A DNA stretch of 64,000 bases from Nitrosopumilus sp. GTDB lineage: Archaea > Thermoproteota > Nitrososphaeria > Nitrososphaerales > Nitrosopumilaceae. A program made the translations under genes and the position numbers. Below the pieces are notes generated by a model, which was given only the letters and a program-made list of their open reading frames with translations, searched no databases and had not been told where the DNA came from. Position 1 is the stretch's first letter. Each line of letters begins with the position of its first letter. Of the stretch, positions 21,248 to 32,539 are shown in pieces. The DNA lies in the NCBI GenBank assembly GCA_965207445.1, contig CBDBLX010000002.1, forward strand, positions 1,495,849 through 1,559,848, given 5' to 3'.

Positions 21248-22574
21248 TGTGCTATCCTGTAAGTACTTCCACTTATGATTTGACATATGCATGACTCTCC
21301 ATTTCTTTTGCTGTTATGTCTTTTGGTGCTTGTTTGCGTTTATAGGCTTCTATAGGCGTTTCTTTACCGTCTTTTAGTGACATATGTGGGAGATTATTGT
21401 ACCAGTTGACGAGTCTTGTTATTGGGTCTGTTATACCCATAGTATGGAATGGATTCCCCACATGGTCACCGGGTTTGGAACCACGAACTGTATTACATGC
21501 AGACTCTTCTTCAAATGATTTTAGATGTTGTTCAATCTCAGAGTGGAATCGTTCTAATTTACCATTGGTTTGAGGGTGTTTTATACGTGCCATGACTTGT
21601 TTGATACCAAGCTCGACTAACTTGTTCTCAAATACTGCTACACCACGCTCAGAGTTCTTTTTCTCATTTGCATAGAACTGAGATCCATGATCCGTTAGTA
21701 TTTGGGCAGGTTTGCCATATTTCTTGATGGCACCTTCAAGCACCTTTATTGCATGATCACTTGTAGGTTCATTATACACTCCAAAGCCCATAATCATCCT
21801 AGATGCATCGTCCTGATAGGACACAAACCATCTACCATCGTAAATCTGCTTAAAATCAGTATGCCATAAAGAATTTGAGAATCTTCTCTCATACCTAACC
21901 CACTTTCGCTGCTTTGCTTTTTTTGGTTGGTTTTCTACTAACTCCTCATCTTTCAATATCTTATATATGATATTGTGAGAAATATGGATTCCTATTTCTT
22001 CTTCTATTATAGTCTCGAGTCTGACTGCCATACGTCTGTTCTGCTTGCAACAAGATATCACAGCAGAATGTTCTCGACGGCCTGGTAATCCATTAGAAGG
22101 ACGTCCCATCTTTGGAGGATATGTGATATCTTTTGGCTGTAAATGACCATATCGTGAGAACAATTCTCTAACCCATCGTGCAGACACACCCACTAATTTT
22201 GCAATCTGGGCGTCACTCATCTCATCATTGTGCTTTTGCTGAACTATCCACCGTACCTGTTCCTCATCAAGTTTATGTATTACACGAAGTTTTTTACCAT
22301 TTTTGAGCCTAGTTTTGATCTTTGTACGAGGATCATGATTGGACCCACACACCTTCATTTCCACTCCGCACGCGGATATATGAGGATCTACACCACTAGT
22401 AGCCAATTTTCTTTTCTCTCCAAGTGGGCTTAAAAGCTAAACTCATCATACGCTTCATATTAAATATGATTATATCTAGGCGTACACTCAAGGCGGAAGT
22501 ACTTACATTGACGATTATTCCTATGATCATATCTAGGCGTACACTCAAGGCGGAAGTACTTACAAGACAACTTA
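21248..22574 (-). mobile_element. IS481-family element with a 15-bp target duplication and a duplicated right end
   Basis: cttgcgaattttcaa at 21233-21247 and 22575-22589; inner IR tgtaagtacttcc/ggaagtacttaca; 43-bp end segment repeated at 22465-22507 and 22522-22564. Confidence 0.85.
21273..22406 (-). CDS. IS481-family (rve integrase core) transposase
   Basis: HTH, RYERRFSNSLWHTDFK, DDASR, LTDHGSQF, PQTNGKLERFH. Confidence 0.9.
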   Translation of the reverse strand: MATSGVDPHISACGVEMKVCGSNHDPRTKIKTRLKNGKKLRVIHKLDEEQVRWIVQQKHNDEMSDAQIAKLVGVSARWVRELFSRYGHLQPKDITYPPKMGRPSNGLPGRREHSAVISCCKQNRRMAVRLETIIEEEIGIHISHNIIYKILKDEELVENQPKKAKQRKWVRYERRFSNSLWHTDFKQIYDGRWFVSYQDDASRMIMGFGVYNEPTSDHAIKVLEGAIKKYGKPAQILTDHGSQFYANEKKNSERGVAVFENKLVELGIKQVMARIKHPQTNGKLERFHSEIEQHLKSFEEESACNTVRGSKPGDHVGNPFHTMGITDPITRLVNWYNNLPHMSLKDGKETPIEAYKRKQAPKDITAKEMESHAYVKS

Positions 22575-22623
22575 CTTGCGAATTTTCAAAGACATATCAA
22601 TAATATACAATACAACTAACATT

Positions 22624-23001
22624 ATGAGAATAATAGAGGTTCGAGATCAACGTGTGTTAAGTGACGGTCCCACAGATACATCAGTAATAATTAAACAAGG
22701 GCAGATCAAACAAGATGAATTCATCATTACGAGAATAGAGTTGCGACATTACATTGACAACAACAGCAATAACAGCAATAAAACACAACAACATAACAAG
22801 CCAGGGTACGATCTAAGGCAAAAAACATACTCTGTGATTACTGCATATGTAGAGACTAACAAGGGGTCAGTTGAGATGACATATGATGAGGGGTTTTTAG
22901 GCAACAGCCCACTAACAACAGCATCCAAACTCTTAACTGAAAATATAGGACTATCTGCACTAGTACTGCGATGTGTGATTGCAATCAAGAGTAAATTATG
23001 A
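22624..23001 (+). CDS. Hypothetical protein upstream of thrS
   Basis: Open frame from ATG 22624, co-oriented with thrS, with an N/Q-rich insert. Confidence 0.65.
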   Translation: MRIIEVRDQRVLSDGPTDTSVIIKQGQIKQDEFIITRIELRHYIDNNSNNSNKTQQHNKPGYDLRQKTYSVITAYVETNKGSVEMTYDEGFLGNSPLTTASKLLTENIGLSALVLRCVIAIKSKL

Positions 23002-23079
23002 CAAGAGGTAAAACACCAAAGAAGAAGAGGAAGATGATGATGGTAAACATTTAATTCAACTCTGATTTTTTTGTGCACT

Positions 23080-24980
<1,901 letters not shown>

Positions 24981-24981
<1 letters not shown>

Positions 24982-25913
24982 TGAGTTATGCAGAACTATA
25001 CTTGGGTGCAAGTGGCCCTCTGATATCAGGTGGAAAAAATGAATATACATCTGATGAAAATAGTAATGGAAACATACAACAAAATCAACAAGACTATACA
25101 TGCTCCATATTTGGCGTGCCATTTGATGCAACACACTCATACAAACCCGGCTGCAGGTTCGGCCCCGATGCCATCCGAACTGCATTTAACAACATTGAGG
25201 TATTTCATCCCGAATTAGGGGTAGACTTGGAGTCTGTTATAGTCAATGATATGGGAAACATACCACATACAGCATCATCTGCCAAGATGCTAGATATGAC
25301 AAAACATGTGACAAGTGATTTGATCAAAAGAGATAAACCAGTATTCATATTGGGAGGAGAACATCTTTTGACATATGCTACATATTTGGCATTTCCAAAA
25401 GATGTTGCGTATATAGTATTTGATGCTCATTATGACCTACGTGATGAATATGGAGATGTTGCGTATAATCATGCTACATATTTGAGACGGATAGTAGAAC
25501 AGCGAGATGCAAACAATATACTTCACATAGGAGCAAGAGCATTTGCAGCAGAAGAGTTGATATTTTTGAGGGATTCTAAGATTAATCATATAACAAATTC
25601 AGATATTGTACATCATTACGACAGAGTATCCAAAACGTTAAGGGATTTTGCATCAATGTATGATGCCATATATGTCAGTTATGACCTCGATGTTCTTGAT
25701 CCTGCATTTGCACCAGGTGTTGGTAATCCAGAAGCAGAAGGAATAACATCAAGAGAACTCTTTGATATGATACGTGTACTAGCAGATATAGACGCTCGTA
25801 TAGTAGGATCAGATATAGTAGAGATGAACCCTACATATGATACAGGTGCAACATCAGCACTAGCTGCCAAGATACTCTCAATGATGATAGCGATGACCAC
25901 TAATCAGCATTAA
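24981..25913 (+). CDS. speB: Agmatinase (ureohydrolase)
   Basis: GVPFD, GCRFGP.AIR, GGEH, FDAHYD, SYDLDVLDPAFAPGVGNPE. Confidence 0.92.
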
Positions 25914-26087
25914 CAATAACATAAACAACAACAGTAGCAGTAATAGTAGCAGTGGTGGTGGTGGCGGTAGCGGTGGCAACAACGAGAATAATATCTGCTG
26001 TAAGATGCAATTTTACTGTTTTTATGTCATGGCAAGATCAGTACACATTGACTACTTTATAATGATGAGCCACAATGTTATTTTATC

Positions 26088-26729
26088 ATGCTAAATAATT
26101 TACGTGAATCATTAAAACCAGTACTTGAAAAGATTGGCAGAGGTTTTGCTGCAACAAAACTCTCACCTAACTTTTGGACATGTGTTGGTTTGATATTTTC
26201 TATAGCGGCTGCCACATCATATGGGTTAGAGTCAATCATAATTGAAGAGATTACATTACAACAACAACAACAAACACCATTATTTGAGACAATACTACAA
26301 CACACACCTAGTTATGCATTGTTAGTAGGAGGGATACTATTACTGATATCAGGATTCTTTGATATTGTGGACGGACAGGTAGCACGAGTGACAAAAAAGA
26401 CATCACAAAAGGGCGCGTACCTTGATTCAGTATCAGATAAAATTGCAGAGTCTGCCATATTTGTAGGAATTGTAATAGGCGGATATGTAGAACCATGGCT
26501 AGTCATACTAGCAGCCACACTTTCATTGCTTGTAGGATATGCAAGAGCCAAATCCGATGCACTAAACATAAAGATGCAAGGTGTTGGAATTGGCGAGCGT
26601 GCAGAGCGACTTTTGATAATTGCCATAATTGGCATGGTAGGATTCATGCAGATTGCACTTTTGATCGTAATTATAATATCTGCAATCACACTAGTACAAC
26701 GAATGATCAGTACATCAAGACAACTATAA
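26088..26729 (+). CDS. CDP-alcohol phosphatidyltransferase
   Basis: DIVDGQVAR...GAYLDSVSD signature; hydrophobic segments. Confidence 0.92.
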   Translation: MLNNLRESLKPVLEKIGRGFAATKLSPNFWTCVGLIFSIAAATSYGLESIIIEEITLQQQQQTPLFETILQHTPSYALLVGGILLLISGFFDIVDGQVARVTKKTSQKGAYLDSVSDKIAESAIFVGIVIGGYVEPWLVILAATLSLLVGYARAKSDALNIKMQGVGIGERAERLLIIAIIGMVGFMQIALLIVIIISAITLVQRMISTSRQL

Positions 26730-26757
26730 ACAAGAGTTTGTAATTGATCATGTATAA

Positions 26758-27045
26758 TTATCGGAGTTTGCCGCGTTTGCGTCTGCTGTCTGCAGACCGT
26801 ATCTTTAAGATCTTAAAATGAATTGCACATGATACACAATACCACTTTAAGACAGTCGGAGATGCAATGTATGCGCCTTGTGCACGTAGTTCTTTTGCAA
26901 GGGTGTGCTCCACCAAATTGAGTCGTGATGTCACCTTTTTTGCTTTGTCTTTTGGCACAGTCTGGCCACAATTTGTACATTGGACCACACCAGAGTATCC
27001 CTTACCGCCCTTTGTGCGTCCACGACTAGCGCGTTTTAATGGCAT
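26758..27045 (-). CDS. rps26e: 30S ribosomal protein S26e
   Basis: MPLKRASRGR...VQCTNCG..VPKDKAKK...YCVSCAIH. Confidence 0.95.
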   Translation of the reverse strand: MPLKRASRGRTKGGKGYSGVVQCTNCGQTVPKDKAKKVTSRLNLVEHTLAKELRAQGAYIASPTVLKWYCVSCAIHFKILKIRSADSRRKRGKLR

Positions 27046-27089
27046 GTATTTTTGATATTGAACTTACTTATAATCTTGCGCATATGTCC

Positions 27090-28761
27090 GTGGTTGGTGC
27101 GTAATTCATCAAATCGCCATCTGCATCGTACTTGCAAAATCATCTGCAAATATCGCCAGAGTTTTATGTACATATATTTAATAAGCTCATATATAAAAGT
27201 ATATGCGCGCATACCAAAAGTTACTTATAGGGGCATCCCAAATGAATAATTGTAATGTCACCAAAGGGGATGCTAAACAACGTTGACTAGCCAATGTTAT
27301 CAACGTATCGTTTGTGAAGTGTGGTGGAACGACGACATATGGTGGGTTGCCACAACATGCTATACTACACAGAATGTCGCCCATTACAATGCATGGTTTG
27401 TGATGAATGTGGCGCCTGCTTGTTGTTTGTGTAAATTTAGTGTGTGGGTTTCAAATAAGAACAAATTATGGAGGCAGACCGTACAGTGACAGAGCAGCAC
27501 AAGCGACGCGAAGGTTACTGGCAGTATTACGAACAGGCACGCAAATCTGAGCCGGATTTTATGCGCAAGACCTTGCTGTCGGCGATACGAAAAAACCCAC
27601 ATCCGTGCAAGGAAAAGAAAACAAATAGAGGATGCAAGCCGGTACACTCTCGTGACAAGATGGATTTTTTGTGTCTTTTAAAAGTTGCAAAAAATATTCC
27701 TTTTCGTGACGTGGTAAATGATCTTGGACATATGCATGATGAAGGGGTTGACGAGCCGAAGCCTGATTATAGTTGGGTAACCAAACATATGCAAACAATT
27801 GATCTCGACTGGCTTGATTCTATTTTGGCATATACTGCCAATATGTGTCTAACTGAACTTGAAAAATCTGGGACAGATCCGGTACCGATAAAAGGTAAAG
27901 AGACCATACTTACGCACGGATCCGAGGATTTTGAGAGCGGTAAACAAGACGTAAAACAAGAACCTACAGCTCCAATTGGGATAGACAGTAGTGGGGTAGA
28001 GACTGACAGGTACGAAAAACAAGAAAGACCTAATCATGTACTACAAGACTTTGAGCCGACACGCATCAAGATGTACCTAAAATATCACATTACTGCGATA
28101 ACCGGACATCAGATCATACTTGCATCATACACAACTCCAAGCAATGTGAGTGACACGTCAATGCTTCCATATATGGTCAGCTTTCTCGTAAAAAACTATA
28201 CACAGATTGAAAAACGCTTATTCAACGGAGACAAGGGATATGACTCGGATCAAAACTGTGAGATAATATTCAATGCAAACATGAAACCGAACATAAAGCA
28301 GCGCAATCACACAGATGGCGCAGGTCATACAAACCGTGGCAAACCAAGTAGAAAAAAGGCAGCAGAGATCTTTGACCAAGATGCATACAAACAACGCGCA
28401 CTTATCGAGGCAATATTTGGAGCAGAAGAGACAAAGAATCACAGGCTACACTGTCGCATGCGTCTGGCCAAAAACCAAAAGCGGTTTGGCAAAATACTAT
28501 CAATTGCATGGAATATCAACGTCCTGAACAGATTTATCTGCGCTCATGAAAAAGGGCAAAAGATTCCATCATACCAATGATAGTGACTGCTATCCCACTT
28601 GCACGTTTCATGTTCTATAATCTGTCTGCTAAAACACACATGTATATTCAAAAACAAAACGCACTATAGATAGATTCCAGTCTTTTGTAGATTGAATGTG
28701 CAATAAGCCAAGCTCACAGAAGGGTCACAGGCAGGCCAAATGTCAATTACGCACCAACCTC
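27090..28761 (+). mobile_element. IS5-like element with 17-bp TIRs and a 9-bp TSD
   Basis: gtggttggtgcgtaatt / aattacgcaccaacctc (16/17 match); catatgtcc at 27081-27089 and 28762-28770. Confidence 0.85.
27468..28580 (+). CDS. IS5/IS4-superfamily DDE transposase
   Basis: IGIDSSG, YLKYH, GDKGYDS, YKQRALIEAIFG (YREK-like). Confidence 0.85.
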   Translation: MEADRTVTEQHKRREGYWQYYEQARKSEPDFMRKTLLSAIRKNPHPCKEKKTNRGCKPVHSRDKMDFLCLLKVAKNIPFRDVVNDLGHMHDEGVDEPKPDYSWVTKHMQTIDLDWLDSILAYTANMCLTELEKSGTDPVPIKGKETILTHGSEDFESGKQDVKQEPTAPIGIDSSGVETDRYEKQERPNHVLQDFEPTRIKMYLKYHITAITGHQIILASYTTPSNVSDTSMLPYMVSFLVKNYTQIEKRLFNGDKGYDSDQNCEIIFNANMKPNIKQRNHTDGAGHTNRGKPSRKKAAEIFDQDAYKQRALIEAIFGAEETKNHRLHCRMRLAKNQKRFGKILSIAWNINVLNRFICAHEKGQKIPSYQ

Positions 28762-28770
28762 CATATGTCC

Positions 28771-28851
28771 GTAACCGTTCAACCTCCGTACTTGCGCCAG
28801 ACATTAGACGGTGAATTTGTGCCTAAATTTGGGAAGGGGTTGAACGGTTAC
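28771..28851. mobile_element. About 80-bp GTAAC-ended MITE (best-preserved copy)
   Basis: Perfect 14-bp TIR gtaaccgttcaacc...ggttgaacggttac. Confidence 0.85.
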
Positions 28852-29023
28852 ATAGTCTATATTCAAAGTCACCACGGAGACTGTGCTCCTCCTCCTCTAC
28901 AATCACTTTATTTGAGAATGATTTCCACAGAATAGTGCTTGTGTAAGATTATAAAATATTAAGATTTTACCATCATTACTAATTAACAACAACTTTTATT
29001 AGCATTCAAGAATATTACTTGTT

Positions 29024-29182
29024 ATGAGCGACAGAGAATATGATGAGGAATTTGAACAAATACGAAAATCTACCATTTCTGCACTACAAGACATTTATAA
29101 CAGTCTACCTGATAGTGATGAACCGCTTACAGAGAACGAAGTGGCTGACTTTCAAAAACGGTGTGAAAATGCTGTGGGTTAA
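29024..29182 (+). CDS. Small acidic hypothetical protein (52 aa)
   Basis: Hand translation MSDREYDEEFEQIRKSTISALQDIYNSLPDSDEPLTENEVADFQKRCENAVG. Confidence 0.35.
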   Translation: MSDREYDEEFEQIRKSTISALQDIYNSLPDSDEPLTENEVADFQKRCENAVG

Positions 29183-29318
29183 GGTGAATACACTTGGACC
29201 GTGATGAGATTATAGAATTTTTACGAGAATCAATACGGAATAATTTTATTGCATATGGTTAAGTTGCAACTGTTGCAGTTTTAAAGATTGATTGGAACAA
29301 CTATAGAGGCGATTAAGA

Positions 29319-29747
29319 ATGCTTGAAAAATTATTAGAACTTGTCTGTATTAGTCTCGTTCTTATAGGAATCATTACATTACTTTTATTACCATTTGATT
29401 ATTATACTACACCACTACTTGTCATTATCGGACTCGGTGCAATGTTTTGGTTATCTCCACTTTTAACCTACAAAATGCAATTACCAATAAGATTAATTGA
29501 TGGATATTCCTTTACAAATGATGACCCGAGAACGCGCATATCTCGGATTTTTAATTTATGTGTGTGGAGTTGTGTTTTAATAGGAGTCAGTATTTTATGG
29601 ACGCTTGTAATGTTTGATGAGGTTGAAGCTGGAATAGATGAGTTTCCTAGTCTAATTCTTGGTATGATTGGCACATTGACATTATGCGTACGACTCGTGG
29701 TATTATATTATGAATACTTTAAGCAGACTAGTTTGCATTACCAGTAA
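29319..29747 (+). CDS. Hypothetical membrane protein (about 4 TM segments)
   Basis: Four hydrophobic stretches. Confidence 0.55.
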   Translation: MLEKLLELVCISLVLIGIITLLLLPFDYYTTPLLVIIGLGAMFWLSPLLTYKMQLPIRLIDGYSFTNDDPRTRISRIFNLCVWSCVLIGVSILWTLVMFDEVEAGIDEFPSLILGMIGTLTLCVRLVVLYYEYFKQTSLHYQ

Positions 29748-29902
29748 ACACCTACTAATATCTCCCGAGATCTCAAAGATAGTACCATAACGTGTCACCT
29801 CCCCTTCTTCTCTCTCTCTCTCGCTCTCTATCACGTGGGCTAGACATGTGCATACACTACTATCATCACAAATCACTGAAATTGTTAGATATTGCAAAAA
29901 AG

Positions 29903-29944
29903 GGGAATTGTATACTTGATTTACAAATATATGACTAATTAAAT
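29903..29944. mobile_element. Solo end of the IS1595-family element
   Basis: gggaattgtatacttgatttacaaatatatgactaattaaat has 4 mismatches to 51521-51562. Confidence 0.75.
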
Positions 29945-30068
29945 ACTTTGCAGGTGATACAGATTCAAATACAGATAGTCCAGATCCATGCACCCCTACA
30001 CAAAATAGGGTGCGTACACTAAAGCTGCGCGGATCATTTAACATAATCAACCATCGTTTTAACCGATT

Positions 30069-30250
30069 TCAGCCCACAATGACTTTGCCCGTTATCCGAG
30101 GATGTATCGCACAATACCAATCATGCTCTACCTTGTTTGGCATCGAGAAAGTGTGAGTTGATCCTGTCAATATAATGCAACTATCAAACACACCGTCGGG
30201 ACCCGTCTCAGTGGTGCCAGATGTCATAGTATGCGCCGCATCATCGTCGT
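30069..30250 (-). pseudogene. Plastocyanin/cupredoxin C-terminal fragment
   Basis: NDDDAAHTMTSGT...PDGVFDS...YCAIHPRITGKVIV. The Met ligand is missing and there is no N-terminus. Confidence 0.7.
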
Positions 30251-30300
30251 TTAACAATATCTGGTATTTACCCACTCCGATCCTCTTTATGGGTACTAAT

Positions 30301-30404
30301 ATGATTAAAGATCCGATATTTTGATTGATGTTCATCTCGAAGTTGAGCACAGATTATGAATACAAAATATTAGAAAACTATCGGATCTTTAATGAAACTA
30401 TTAT
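30301..30404. mobile_element. About 90-100-bp MITE-like repeat with attaaagatccgata inverted ends
   Basis: Reverse-complement copy at 51179-51284. Confidence 0.75.
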
Positions 30405-31349
30405 GGATTAGAGTCGTGTCGTACTAGTCCCGTGTATTTTGGCAAGAATTTTTTGAGAGGGGATATTGTTTTATCGTCAGTTATCTCTATTAAACAACAG
30501 TCGTCTCCGAGCGCAATTAAACCGCACGTATGTTTTTTGTTTGCTCCAGGCCAGTCAAACTCATCACAGCCTAACGTGTTTTTGCTTAAAATTTTTTGTT
30601 TGATCTCATCGTGTTTTTGTTTTTGTGCTTTGGCATGTGATATCTTGTCACGATATGCCGCTGATGGGGAGATCTCAACTTGCATGATATCCTTGCTAAA
30701 TTCTGCAGTCTTTACGTGTGATAGACCTTTCATGTTTAGTGTGACTGTGGTTACAGAATGTAGTCGAACGACGCGCAAAAGTCCTTACATTTGAAATGGG
30801 TTGCTGCATTTGTTTTTTGCATTTACTACACCGGCGACGTTTGACAACATCAAACTTGACATACTCTTTGATTATTGTAATGATTTGGACCACCACCCGG
30901 TCATACGCGCCTGTTGTGGTCGATGAGAGTGGGTTTTTGCATTGTGGGTACGTAGGGCCATCTATCACACCCCTCTGTTCTAGCTATGTTTACAGGGCGT
31001 TCGTTTTTGGTATCTTTTTGCCCCTTTGGTCTGCCTAGTTTTTGGTTTATTTTCTCCTGGTGTTTTGTCAGGTTTATCAGTAGCAGTGACTGCCTTGATG
31101 CCGTTTTTCTTGGCCCTTGACTCTGTTGATCTTTTGATATTTTTTATTGTCTTGGATTAATTCTTCATTCTGTGTCTTTAACGTGGTGGTATCTTGTAAC
31201 ATCTCAGACATACCATTAGTTGTTATTTTTATTTTTGAATTCGATGACTCTTGCAATATCTTGTCAATCGGTATTGTACAACCACCATTTGCAACAATCG
31301 CAATCATTTTTGAGACATGGTTTTTTTGCATGTTGTGTGTTTTTGTCAC
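30401..31349 (-). pseudogene. Fragmented IS66-like transposase, a different lineage from 16110-17744
   Basis: Coiled coil, PQCKNPL...RVVVQI...RRRCSKCKK, LGCDE, YTGLVRHD over several frames; truncated at the MITE. Confidence 0.65.
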
Positions 31350-31910
31350 GAGGTTTTGAGCAGTACAACTATGTTTCCCCCTCCTGCAATAATTGACACT
31401 TGTATTCAGTCACACTGATCGCTTAAATCATGTTTGCGCGATGAACTAATATCGTTCCTGTCTATCATTTTATTCATCCTTAATGATAGATGGAAGTGTT
31501 TTGATTTAACACCCTAACGCCAAATTATTCGAGTGTTTGATCAATTTTTTTAAACCAAAATTATCATGGTATGTAATCATAAGAATTTAAGTGTCTACTT
31601 CAAAAAGAAAAATAGTTACCAACCACGTTAACTTTACTTTTGTCACTTGTTTAGAGTACTAGTAATATCTCAAATTACGTACAACAGTGCCTCACACAGT
31701 ATTATCGACGCGTATGATTCTTGTGAGGTGTGTTCTTCCACAGACGACACATGTGTTCACTAAAATAATATTCTGGTTAGTATGATCTTATTTAGGCACA
31801 GTGCTGGGGGGGGGGGGGGGTGACATGCCACATATAAATGCCAATCAACTGCGTTTGCAAGAGAACCCTTACAAATTAACTTAATAATATATACAATACT
31901 GCAACTAATT

Positions 31911-32015
31911 ATGGTAAGATTAGAAGAGCTGACTGTCGGTGCATATGTTAACAGGTTATCATTTGATGGCCCTGTGGAAATCATAGCCGTCAAGTGGTTT
32001 GGAGACACTATAGAT
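31911..32015 (+). pseudogene. N-terminal remnant resembling the SNF2 helicase of DUF1156/DUF499-type defence operons
   Basis: MVRLEELTVGAYVNRLSFDGPVEIIAVKWFGD, followed by microsatellite and poly-G sequence. Confidence 0.5.
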
Positions 32016-32539
32016 ACTTGCAGAATAGCACAACATCAAAACCGACGTGCCTTATCCACGAGAATGTGTGCATGTATGTGTTGTGGGTTGTTGGTGGTAG
32101 TAGTAGTGGTAGTAGTGGTAGTAGTGGTAGTAGGGGGGGGGGGGGGTTGGGGGAAAGGATACGATTACGATTCGGTCCCAGATGTCAAGACTAGTCTTGA
32201 GCGCAAACGCGTATTGTACAAGACACCGCAACGTAACGGGCATCTTGGGATCGTCTCATCGAAGATTGGAGTTAATATACACATAACCTTCGGATCTGGA
32301 ATCGTTCAGAGTACGAGAAGATCATGTTGGGTGGATTTTTCGACTACAAAGCGAGTCTGCTCTGCTCAATTATCTGATAAATGGTGGCGAGTTGGCCGAG
32401 TTTGCGGCCAAATATGTGAGGACAACTCACGTCCGGCAGTGCCTCCATTTTACTCCAAAAAACCATCTCAATTGGGAAATGTGAATAGGAGCGCATCTCA
32501 CTTTGATCAGTCTTGTTTGATAAATGGACGTGAAATGCA

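Larger units (their letters stand above)
29787..31830. mobile_element. Relic bounded by both ends of the 15736-17895 IS66 element (inverted orientation), filled with nested debris
   Basis: 29787-29900 resembles the reverse complement of about 17795-17895; 31620-31830 resembles the reverse complement of 15736-15945. Confidence 0.75.
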
